A stretch of DNA of 20,030 nt from contig JBAQKV010000036.1 of NCBI GenBank assembly GCA_049301335.1, positions 1 to 20,030 on the forward strand, in the 5' to 3' direction. The notes beneath the pieces were generated by a model that worked only from the letters and a program-made list of their open reading frames with translations, did not search any database and was not told where the DNA came from. This DNA comes from Patescibacteria group bacterium. GTDB taxonomy: Bacteria > Patescibacteriota > Gracilibacteria > BD1-5 > UBA2023. Position 1 is the first letter of the stretch. Each line of letters starts with the position of its first letter. Positions 1 through 7,270 of this stretch are shown here, one piece after another. A program made the translations under genes and the position numbers.

Positions 1-2108
1 CCGAAATCCTGAACGTAGTAGGTCTGTCCGTTCTTCACTACCGCGGCGACGCCGACTTTGCTCCAGTCGCCCAACATGTTCGAGCGGTGTCCGCCCGAGA
101 GCGAGAGCCCGGCGAGGAGGAAATCCGTCCCCACGCTGCCGCCGGCGACGTTTTCGCCGACGCTTCCGTACACTTGGATTCCGGCGCGTTTGGCGGTTCC
201 GGTAATTTTTTGTCCCGTGGAATCGTCGTGTCCGACGTAGTTGTGCGAAGCCATGTCGTTCGCTTTGAACTGCGCGAGTTCCCGGAGGGTATCGTCGCTC
301 GCGAGCGCCGCTTTCCCCACCTTCTTGCGGATCGCGTTGATGAACCGGAGCGCGTTGGGAACGACGTCGTCGAGATTGGAATCGGTTTCCTTGGTTACCG
401 AATCGTATTCGTTCGGCATGAGCGCTACGACGCCTTCCTTATGGACTACCGGACCGTTGAACGCCGGAAAGCCGTTGGAATACATGATTTCCACCAGGTA
501 CTGCCCCGCGTCGGAAAGCGGGACGTCGAGTTCGACCTTCCGTCCGCGTGCCACGAACCCGTTCGAGTCGAGATCGGCGGCGGCGAAACGGTGGGTCGAA
601 ACGCTTCCGTTCGGCGCGATGAGGTAGGTGTCGGCTCGAAGGGTCGGGCCGTTGGAAGCCAAATCCGTACGGATTTTGAGGGTCGAGCCTTCGACGAACG
701 CGTTCACGGCTTCTTTCCGTTCGGTAGCGTAGGCGGACACGAGCGGAAGGTCGCCGTCGAACACGACGGTCTCGACCCCGAATACGTCCATCGAGAAGTC
801 GGTTGAGGATTCGGCCGCGGTCACGGTGACGTGGACGGGTTTTGCCGTATCGAAGCGTTCGGCGTCTTCGGGATAGAACGCCACGTCACCCATCGAGCGG
901 CGGACGAGGTCGGACTTTCCGACCTGAGAAATCTTCACGGTACGGAGCGCTTTCTTTCCGATGGACGGAAGATCGAGGACGTTGAGCGGAGTAAGGTCGC
1001 TGGATTCCTTGCGGACGAAATGGAACTCGCCCACGTTCATGGAAACCGGAGCCGAAGAGAGGATCTTCCTTCCGACGAGCGCGTCGTCCGAAAGCACGTA
1101 AATCGGCTGGGTCTTATTGGTGCTGAACCCCATTCCTGAGGCTACGACGAGGTCGTACTTCCCCACTTCGAGGAGCGGGATTTCGTACGAGAAGACGTTT
1201 CCGTCCACCGGGAGCGAGCGGGAATATTTCTTCCCCGAAGGCGATTTGAGAAAAAGCACGGTATCTTCTTTTCCGTCCGTTACGATTCCGGAAATTCTGA
1301 GAGTTTCGCCGGGAAGGTAGGTATTGGGGATATTGGTGTCGAACTTCACGCCGAGATCCGAGAATCCCGCGGTGGAAATGGCTTCTTTCCGATATCCGGA
1401 AGGCGACCAGCCGAGCACTTCGAACGAGCCGGAAATCCGTCCTTTGGAAAGCGGCGCGAGGGATTGGAACGCGGTGGTGGTGAGGTCGACGATATCCGGA
1501 TGTTTGGAACAGCTCGGGCGGTCGTTGACTTTGACCACGACCGATTTCGAACCGTTCGCCACCTGGATGAGGCGTCCGAGGTCGACGGCGCAGCGCGCGG
1601 CGGAATAGGCCGACTGGTTGAAACGGTCGCCCCCGGACGTGCCGGAATTTTCGAAATCGTCGGAATAGTAGAGGATCTGGGCTTCGGTCGAAAGCGACGA
1701 AACCGCCGACTGCGACGCGGCGGGGACTACGGTCTGAACCGGCTCCGCGGCAGCGGGGGCGGAAACCGTCGCCGGAACCTTCGCGACGGCGGCGATGAGG
1801 ACGTTCAGGTCCGAATACGCCCGGACGAGCTGTTTTACGGCGCGTTGGCGGTCTTCGGGCTTCTTGAAGGCGGCATCCACCGCGACGAACGCCTTTTCGA
1901 GGTTGGTTCGGGCCGCCGAAATTTTCGCGCGGTCTTCCATGGAAACCGAACGGATCTTCGCGACCTTCTTATCGGTGGCGAGGACGATTTTCGCGTAGAT
2001 TTTCGCGACCTTCGGTTCGGTAAAATTCGCCGCGGAGGCCATCGGTACCGCGAGTCCGAAGACTACGGCGGCGAGGACGAGCGGCGAAAGGAACTTGGAG
2101 AATTTCAT
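1..2108 (-). CDS. Secreted protein, partial (C-terminus runs off the window): signal peptide + RlpA-like double-psi beta-barrel domain + C-terminal CAP/SCP (YkwD-like) domain
   Basis: ATG at 2108-2106. Absent from the ORF track because there is no stop inside the window. My translation starts MKFSKFLSPLVLAAVVFGLAVPMASA (signal peptide, AxA). It continues ...YYSDDFENSGTSGGDRFNQSAYSAARCAVDLGRLIQVANGSKSVVVKVNDRPSCSKHPDIVDLTTTAF (RlpA/DPBB-like), then ...LAQFKANDMASHNYVGHDDSTGQKI...GENVAGG...GGHRSNMLGDWSKVGVAAVVKNGQTYYVQDF (CAP/SCP-like). I checked every + strand 'tca' in 1..2108 and none is in frame. Track ORFs 87..806(+) and 1464..2672(+) are its antisense shadows. Confidence 0.8.
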   Translation of the reverse strand, partial: MKFSKFLSPLVLAAVVFGLAVPMASAANFTEPKVAKIYAKIVLATDKKVAKIRSVSMEDRAKISAARTNLEKAFVAVDAAFKKPEDRQRAVKQLVRAYSDLNVLIAAVAKVPATVSAPAAAEPVQTVVPAASQSAVSSLSTEAQILYYSDDFENSGTSGGDRFNQSAYSAARCAVDLGRLIQVANGSKSVVVKVNDRPSCSKHPDIVDLTTTAFQSLAPLSKGRISGSFEVLGWSPSGYRKEAISTAGFSDLGVKFDTNIPNTYLPGETLRISGIVTDGKEDTVLFLKSPSGKKYSRSLPVDGNVFSYEIPLLEVGKYDLVVASGMGFSTNKTQPIYVLSDDALVGRKILSSAPVSMNVGEFHFVRKESSDLTPLNVLDLPSIGKKALRTVKISQVGKSDLVRRSMGDVAFYPEDAERFDTAKPVHVTVTAAESSTDFSMDVFGVETVVFDGDLPLVSAYATERKEAVNAFVEGSTLKIRTDLASNGPTLRADTYLIAPNGSVSTHRFAAADLDSNGFVARGRKVELDVPLSDAGQYLVEIMYSNGFPAFNGPVVHKEGVVALMPNEYDSVTKETDSNLDDVVPNALRFINAIRKKVGKAALASDDTLRELAQFKANDMASHNYVGHDDSTGQKITGTAKRAGIQVYGSVGENVAGGSVGTDFLLAGLSLSGGHRSNMLGDWSKVGVAAVVKNGQTYYVQDF

Positions 2109-2117
2109 CGGGAGAAA

Positions 2118-2630
2118 TTACGAAACGGTTTCGACCGTCGCCTTGATGATCTTGGCTTCGGTTTTCGGCTTGTCGTTGCGGTCTACCGGAAGGTTGGCGA
2201 TGGCGTCGACCACTTCCTGCCCTTCGACCACCTGGCCGAAAATGCTGTAGTCGCCGTCCAGATACTTGGCCGGACGTCCGTGGACGATGAAAAACTGGCT
2301 GCCGTTGGTATCCGGTCCGGCGTTGGCCATGGAAAGGGTGCCGACGATGTGCGAGAGCTTCGGGGAAACTTCGTTTTCGAACTCATGGCCGAAAGCGGAC
2401 TTGCCTCCGCGGCCGGAACCGGTGGGGTCTCCGCCCTGAATCATGAAGTCGCGGATGACGCGGTGGAAGATGATGCCGTCGTAGTAGCCCTTTTCGGAAA
2501 GGGTGAGGAAGTTCTCCACGGTCTTCGGAGCCTCGCTCGGGAAGAATCGGAGTACGACGGTGCCGTGATTGGTTTCGAGGCGGACGATCTTATCGCCGGA
2601 TACGGGTTTGGAAGTCTGGAATTCGGACAT
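2118..2630 (-). CDS. ppiB: Peptidyl-prolyl cis-trans isomerase, cyclophilin type
   Basis: Track ORF, 170 aa. Cyclophilin hallmarks FHRVIRDFMIQGGDPTGSGRGG...FENE...GTLSMANAGPDTNGSQFFI. TAA stop. The next gene starts 9 nt downstream at 2108, so the two are probably co-transcribed. Confidence 0.95.
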   Translation of the reverse strand: MSEFQTSKPVSGDKIVRLETNHGTVVLRFFPSEAPKTVENFLTLSEKGYYDGIIFHRVIRDFMIQGGDPTGSGRGGKSAFGHEFENEVSPKLSHIVGTLSMANAGPDTNGSQFFIVHGRPAKYLDGDYSIFGQVVEGQEVVDAIANLPVDRNDKPKTEAKIIKATVETVS

Positions 2631-2715
2631 GGAAAAACGGTTTGGAAATCACGGGGCGACGCCCCGTTTTAAGGAAATTCAGCCGGCACAGGATACGGCT
2701 TTCGCGCGCGTAGGC

Positions 2716-2745
2716 AAGAAAAAACGCCCCCGGGGAGGGGGCGTT
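2716..2745 (-). terminator. Rho-independent terminator (minus strand) ending the fabI-like / small-ORF transcript
   Basis: Perfect 9-bp stem aacgccccc (2723-2731) / gggggcgtt (2737-2745) with loop gggga. On the minus strand it is followed by TTTTTTCTT. Confidence 0.8.
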
Positions 2746-2766
2746 TCGTTGGTCCGGAGACCGGTT

Positions 2767-2946
2767 TTAGCCATTAACGTTCGGTTTGGGAACGGAAGGC
2801 GGCGACTCGGAGCAGCGGATGGCCGAAGCGTCTTGGGAGCCGGGGGTCGCTGACCCACGGTCTTTCTGAAGCGACGGAAAGTGTTTGGCGGCAGTAATGT
2901 CGCCCGACGGACGCTTTTGTCCGTCCTGGGGTTTCGTAGCTTCCAT
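2767..2946 (-). CDS. Small hypothetical protein (59 aa), hydrophilic and low complexity
   Basis: Not in the track; no listed ORF is shorter than 60 aa. ATG 2946-2944 is preceded by AAAGGAG with a 4-nt spacer. TAA at 2769-2767 lies about 20 nt before the 2716..2745 terminator. Codon choice (TCG, CCG, GAC, AAA) resembles the neighbouring genes. Product: MEATKPQDGQKRPSGDITAAKHFPSLQKDRGSATPGSQDASAIRCSESPPSVPKPNVNG. No family recognised. Confidence 0.45.
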   Translation of the reverse strand: MEATKPQDGQKRPSGDITAAKHFPSLQKDRGSATPGSQDASAIRCSESPPSVPKPNVNG

Positions 2947-2989
2947 GGCACTCCTTTCTGAGAAAAAAGAAGAACGAAACTGCTTCGCC

Positions 2990-3916
2990 TTACGCCTGTT
3001 TGGCGACCGGCTCGACTTCGGAAACGGTTTCCAGGTGGTGGCCTTGGTTCATGCCGACGGCATGGGTACCCAGGTCCACGTGGAAGATTTCCGCAGTGAC
3101 GTGCAACGCGGCGTCGGACACCATGAACGCGACCGCTTGGCCGACGTCGTAGATGTCGACGTGCGCTTTCTTCAGCATCGCCATGTCTTCCGACTTCTGC
3201 AGCAAGCTGTTGAAGCTGGGGAGACCGGAGGCGGCGCGGGTAGCGATCGGGCCCGGGGACACGACGTTGAAGCGGATGCCGCGGTGGCCGTGTTCGAACG
3301 CCAGGTAGTTGGACATGGAGTTCATACAGGCTTTCGCGGGACCCATGACGTCGTAGTTCTCGATGACGCGTTCGCCGCCTTCGTAGCCGATGGAGATGAC
3401 CGTGCCGCCGTTCGGCATCATGGACTTGCAGTTCTCGGCGATGGGGATGAGCGGATACGCGGAAGTGCGCATCGCCGTGTCCATGCCTTCGTACGTGGCC
3501 TCGGAAAGCGGATTCTTGATTTCGTTCTTGTCGGCGCCTGCGACCGAGAAGATGACGAAGTCGAGCGAATCCCAACCCGTGGAAGCACGCAACGAAGAGA
3601 ACAGGATGTCCACGTCGCTCGATTTGCTGACATCGCAAGTCAGGAGAGCCGCGACGTTGAATTCATGGTGGTTAATGAATTCTTCGCACTTCGAGAGAAC
3701 CTTCTGGTTGATCGACGCGACGGCCACTTGGGCGCCGTATGCCGAGAGAACCGCGAGGCAGCCTTGGGCGATGCCGCCCAAGCCCATGCCGATGATGAGG
3801 CCGCGTTTGCCATTGAGGTTGCGGGCACCGACGATCTGTTCGACCGAAGGCACGCCGTCGCCCTTGATGACGGAAAGGTGGGGGGTGTGAGCGTGGTTGT
3901 TTTGACCCTGAGTCAT
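2990..3916 (-). CDS. fabI: Enoyl-[acyl-carrier-protein] reductase (NADH), FabI-like SDR
   Basis: Track ORF, 308 aa. ISIGYEGGERVIENYDVMGPAKACMNSMSNYLAFEHGHRGIRFNVVSPGPIATRAASG parallels E. coli FabI [29 protein letters not shown]...GVRVNAISAGPIRTLAASG (Y-x6-K core). GKRGLIIGMG matches the nucleotide-binding turn and IYDVGQAVAFMVSD...HVD.G the C-terminal block. About 29-aa N-terminal extension relative to E. coli FabI. TAA stop. Confidence 0.85.
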   Translation of the reverse strand: MTQGQNNHAHTPHLSVIKGDGVPSVEQIVGARNLNGKRGLIIGMGLGGIAQGCLAVLSAYGAQVAVASINQKVLSKCEEFINHHEFNVAALLTCDVSKSSDVDILFSSLRASTGWDSLDFVIFSVAGADKNEIKNPLSEATYEGMDTAMRTSAYPLIPIAENCKSMMPNGGTVISIGYEGGERVIENYDVMGPAKACMNSMSNYLAFEHGHRGIRFNVVSPGPIATRAASGLPSFNSLLQKSEDMAMLKKAHVDIYDVGQAVAFMVSDAALHVTAEIFHVDLGTHAVGMNQGHHLETVSEVEPVAKQA

Positions 3917-3992
3917 TCTGTACTGCCTTTCTATTGGTTTGAGAGAAAAATTCCCCCTTCGGGACGAAGCGTCCTTCAGAGGTACGCGTAGG

Positions 3993-4020
3993 AACTTAGT
4001 TACGAAAACGGAGATGTCAA
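3993..4020 (-). promoter_or_regulatory. Putative sigma70-type promoter for the fabI-like gene
   Basis: On the minus strand: TTGACA (4020-4015), 16-nt spacer, TAAGTT (3998-3993). This would give a ~70-nt leader containing two short hairpins (GGACG-CTT-CGTCC and CCC-TTCG-GGG). Confidence 0.3.
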
Positions 4021-4039
4021 GGGCGGATTCGAAAAAGGG

Positions 4040-4714
4040 CTACGGACGCGGGGCGTCGGAAGCCGCCTTCGCCTCCATGTCGGTCTTCCAAAGCTGTTTG
4101 TGGATCATTACCGTGTTCACCACGACGCCCAGCGCGCAAACGAGCGTGACGGCGGGAAGGACGTACTCGAAATACCCCGTCCCCCAATAGATGATGAACG
4201 TGTTGATGAGAATGAAGACGACCCTCGTTTCGGTGGGGCCGATGCCGTAATGGTAGATGCGGAACTCGTTCGTCGCGGCGAACGAAAGGAACGAGTTCAC
4301 CATGTACGCCCCAAGTACCGCCAGAAGGGCGAAGTACCATACTTCCAGACCGGCGGGCGAGAGCATGTAGCCCACGAAAACGAGCGAACAGAGAAAGACG
4401 TAGTCGAGGAAATGGTCCATGTAGAACCCCCATTTGACGAGCCCGGTATTCCTTTGCCGTCAAAGTTCCCCGTCGAAAAGGTCACTAACGTACTGGAGCG
4501 CGATCATGAGCGAAACGATCCAGAGCCAGCGGAGATCGGTCTTCACCGTCAGCCCCACCGCGACGTTGACGGCCGACCACGCGAGCGTCATGAACGTGAG
4601 GTGGTGGGTTTCGATCCACGCGGGAAGGCGCGGTACCGCCCAAAGCTTGAAATCGGTTTCGACCTTCGAGAGGACGGAACTTCCGAACTTCTTGTCTCAA
4701 GCGAACTTGGCCAT
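4040..4714 (-). CDS. CDP-alcohol phosphatidyltransferase family protein, with two in-frame UGA codons
   Basis: ATG 4714-4712, TAG stop 4042-4040, 224 codons. The track shows only the 3' part (4040..4420). My translation: MAKFA[UGA]DKKFGSSVLSKVETDFKLWAVPRLPAWIETHHLTFMTLAWSAVNVAVGLTVKTDLRWLWIVSLMIALQYVSDLFDGEL[UGA]RQRNTGLVKWGFYMDHFLDYVFL... The family signature D-G-x2-A-R-x8/9-G-x3-D-x3-D spans the second UGA (4460-4462). The first UGA is at 4697-4699. Confidence 0.85.
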
Positions 4715-4770
4715 GGCTGGTCGGTTAGGTTTTCGCGCAGTATACCGGAGTCTCGCCCGTTGGAAATGTT

Positions 4771-4812
4771 TTGACTTCCAACTGATTCATATATACTTGA
4801 GTTATCAAGTAT
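4771..4812 (+). promoter_or_regulatory. Putative marR promoter overlapping a perfect 20-bp palindromic operator
   Basis: -35 TTGACT (4771-4776), 15-nt spacer, -10 TATACT (4792-4797). The palindrome ATACTTGA-gtta-TCAAGTAT (4793-4812) overlaps the -10 and lies 16 nt upstream of the MarR ATG. It sits in the divergent intergenic region shared with the phosphatidyltransferase gene. Confidence 0.5.
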
Positions 4813-4827
4813 TAAATAACTAAATAT

Positions 4828-5256
4828 ATGAACGCTACCGAATTGGAATTCTTCCTCACCCTCGCCAAACTCGGCACCGTCGTGTCGAGAAAATTCGACG
4901 GAAGCCTCGGCGGACTCGGATGGAACGAGTTCATCATCCTCCACCGCCTGAACGAAGCCCCGGAGAAAAAACTCCGCCGCATCGACCTCGCGGAAAAAGT
5001 GGGACTGACGGCGTCCGGCATCACCCGCCTCCTCCTTCCCATGGAAAAAATCGGTCTCGTATCGAAAGAAGCCAACGCCGACGACGCCCGGGTGAGCCTC
5101 GTAGCCATCGCTCCGGGCGGCGAACGCAAACTCGAGGAAGCCCTCGACCGCATGCAGTACCTCACGGGGGAACTTTTGAAAAACCAGAATCCCGCGGACG
5201 TGGCGGCGCTTTCCAAGACCCTCGAATCCATCGGCGGCGCGGTCATGTGGAGATAG
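4828..5256 (+). CDS. MarR-family transcriptional regulator
   Basis: Track ORF, 142 aa. Winged-HTH core LRRIDLAEKVGLTASGITRLLLPMEKIGLVSKEANADDARVSLVAIAPGGERKLEEA is typical of MarR. TAG stop. Confidence 0.85.
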   Translation: MNATELEFFLTLAKLGTVVSRKFDGSLGGLGWNEFIILHRLNEAPEKKLRRIDLAEKVGLTASGITRLLLPMEKIGLVSKEANADDARVSLVAIAPGGERKLEEALDRMQYLTGELLKNQNPADVAALSKTLESIGGAVMWR

Positions 5257-5333
5257 TCCGGAACTCCGCGTTTGACTTTTTTCCAGGCGTCACCATATTC
5301 ACTTCATCCAACGATTCGTACAAGGAGGGAAAA

Positions 5334-5660
5334 GTGGATTCGAAACAAAAGCCCGTACCCGGTTTTCCGGGACGGTGGATCAAATTGGTGCTCGGCGAAA
5401 ACGTCGAAGTCGGGGTGGCCTATTTGGCCGGCCAAGTCTTCGAAAACGATCTCTACGGGTACCTGCTCGATTTCAAAATCATGGAGGAATACCGTAGGCG
5501 CGGCGCCGGAAAAAAACTCATGGCCGCCGTGAAATCCGCCGCGAAACGCGAAGGATGCAAACGCGTCGCCGTGATGATGCCGCACGAGGAACCTTTCTCG
5601 GGATGGCTCCAATACGTGGGTTTCGCCAAAGTGGGCGAAGCGCTCGTCATGGAAATCTGA
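5334..5660 (+). CDS. Small GNAT-family N-acetyltransferase (108 aa)
   Basis: GTG at 5334 is preceded by AGGAGGG with a 5-nt spacer. The part of track ORF 4920..5660 upstream of 5334 overlaps marR out of frame and is R/P-rich. The acetyl-CoA motif is present: EEYRRRGAGKKLMAAVKSAAKREGCKRVAV...VGFAKVGE. The ORF ends at TGA 5658-5660, 7 nt before a strong terminator (see findings). Confidence 0.7.
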   Translation: MDSKQKPVPGFPGRWIKLVLGENVEVGVAYLAGQVFENDLYGYLLDFKIMEEYRRRGAGKKLMAAVKSAAKREGCKRVAVMMPHEEPFSGWLQYVGFAKVGEALVMEI

Positions 5661-5667
5661 AGTTCCG

Positions 5668-5698
5668 AAATCCCCCGGTTCGACCGGGGGATTTTTTC
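5668..5698. terminator. Intrinsic terminator between convergent GNAT (+) and DUF1761 (-) genes
   Basis: Stem aaatcccccgg (5668-5678) / ccgggggattt (5684-5694), loop ttcga, followed by a T-run on the + strand. Confidence 0.8.
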
Positions 5699-5708
5699 AT
5701 CCGAAAGG

Positions 5709-6158
5709 CTAGCGTCCGCCGAGCGCGTATCCGGCAATCAAAAGCACCACGAGGCGGTACGATGCGGAAAGGGCGATTTTGGCGAACATCCATTTGCGGT
5801 CGTCGTTTCCCCAGAGGGTGGCCGTTACGTAGGTAGGAAGGACGAACCCCGCCCATACGAAGGCGCCCACGAGGTATCCGGGAACGTCCGGACGGATGGA
5901 GACGGCGTACGCGAGGGCCGTAACCATGGCCAGACATGCCGCGATTTCCGGAATGAGGAGCTTCCAAAGCCCCTGGGCCGCTTCTTCGGCGACTTTCTTG
6001 GGGATTTTTCCGTCCGCCCAGTGGATCTTCATCCAGAGTTTTCCGAAAAGCGGACCGAACCAGAGCGCTCATCCCGCCCAAGCGGCGAGGGAAATGCCGA
6101 CGATCGCCGGCCAATTGAGAGTATCCATACGAGTGGTGAAAAAGGATAAACGTGTCAT
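5709..6158 (-). CDS. DUF1761-like membrane protein, with one in-frame UGA
   Basis: ATG 6158-6156 is preceded by AGGAGG with a 5-nt spacer. Translation: MTRLSFFTTRMDTLNWPAIVGISLAAWAG[UGA 6069-6071]ALWFGPLFGKLWMKIHWADG... It continues in frame into track ORF 5709..6032. The xLWxGPLFGKxW block is characteristic of DUF1761. TAG stop. Confidence 0.75.
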
Positions 6159-6188
6159 GATATCCTCCTGGAAGAAGAAATCCAGCGT

Positions 6189-7259
6189 TTAGTTCCGGAT
6201 GATTTCGAAATCGGGCAATCCGTAGAAGCCGGCGTACCTTCGGGCTTCTTTTTCGAGTTCTTCGGAAGCCACCGAAAAACCCGGGAGGATTTCCGGAAAG
6301 ATGACGACCCGGTCTTTTTTGAACGTCCGCTTCCAACTCCCCACGATCTTTCCGCCCTTCATGACGAGCGGAAAGAATATCCCGTTGGAAGTGAAAAGCT
6401 TTCCATGGTGCTCGACGTCGGCCACGGGCGAACGGTCCTTGTACCCGAGAAAGTATTCGTCAAAACCTCCGAGAAGCCGGATTTCCTCGGATTTTTGAGA
6501 AAATCCCCCGGTTTTCGAAAAGTAATACGTTTTTCCGTTTTCGTTCAACGTTTCGAGTTCGTTCGAAATCAATGAAACGGCGGTTTTGCATTCGGTTTTT
6601 CCAAGTCCGCACCACCATGCCAAATCGTCCACCGTTGCGGGGGAATGGCTTCGGAAATACGTCCTCGCGAGTTCGGCGAGTTGTTCATCGTGGGAAAATT
6701 CGCCGGATTTCGGTATCCATTCCTCCAAAAGGACGAACGTTTCTTCTTTTTCTGTGGGCGGACCGAAACAGATGAGTCCGCGGGTGGCGGCGTAGCACGC
6801 GAGGTGGTACGTCCACTGCGTTTGCATCGGGATTCCGGCGTCTTTCAGGACTTCGGTCAATTCCGAACGCGAGAGCGCTTTTCCTGAGCGAAGCGCCAAA
6901 TCCATGGTTTCGAGCGCTTTTTCTGCGTGAGCGTCAGAAATTCAAAGGAATTCGCGCCTTTTCGCAAAGCCCGAGAGCGTCTTCGACGCGCAGAGCGAAA
7001 GGAGCCAGCGGACGTTTTTCGGGTCGACGTAATGGAGCGTTCCACGCATCGGCCACGTGCGCACTATGGCACCGCGAGAACAGGCGTCGCGGACGGCGGC
7101 TTCGGTCGAACCCTCGATTCTCGAACCGATCGCCCACGTAGCCTGGGGAATGTCTTGCGCCTGCATGCAGCCGTAGTGCGCCACCACTTCTTCCGGAGCG
7201 GAAAACCGCGGCACGGAAACGGCGTGCGAAGCGAGGCGGCGGGAAAGGAAATCGGGCAT
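6189..7259 (-). CDS. Winged-helix DNA-binding protein of the YcaQ/AlkZ (HTH_42, former DUF1006) family, putative DNA glycosylase, with one in-frame UGA
   Basis: ATG 7259-7257. Track ORFs 6942..7487 (from its internal MPDFLSRRL...) and 6189..6905 share one frame, joined across TGA 6942-6944: ...FAKRREFL[UGA]ISDAHAEKALETMDLALRSG... The N-terminus has the family motif HYGCMQAQD (Q-x-Q/D). TAA stop. 356 codons, a typical family length. Confidence 0.75.
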
Positions 7260-7270
7260 GGGCGGAACGG

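Noticed and set aside
87-2672. + strand ORFs 87..806 (239 aa), 241..627, 831..1139, 1464..2672 (402 aa) and others
   Set aside because: They are R/G/E/V-rich antisense or off-frame shadows of the minus-strand RlpA/CAP protein and the cyclophilin gene, both of which have clear family signatures.
2746-2989. Known housekeeping ncRNA (SRP/4.5S, 6S, tmRNA, RNase P) in the long fabI 3' region
   Set aside because: I looked on both strands for the SRP helix-8 motif (GGAA/AGCA context), the RNase P GAGGAAAGUCC block and a tmRNA tRNA-like end, and found none. An SD-led 59-codon ORF explains most of the segment.
2679-3991. ORFs 2679..3638(-), 2885..3991(+), 3390..3890(+), 3418..3633(-), 3640..3828(-)
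   Set aside because: They are overlapping alternative frames of the well-supported fabI-like gene. Their composition is Arg/Pro-rich or otherwise not protein-like.
4920-5333. N-terminal 138 aa of track ORF 4920..5660
   Set aside because: It overlaps marR out of frame and its translation is P/R/G-rich junk. The GNAT domain begins after a GTG at 5334 that has a strong AGGAGGG Shine-Dalgarno.
5647-6336. 229-aa minus ORF and + ORFs 5555..5836 and 5896..6192
   Set aside because: They are off-frame or antisense to the DUF1761 gene, R/G/P-rich, and have no motif support.
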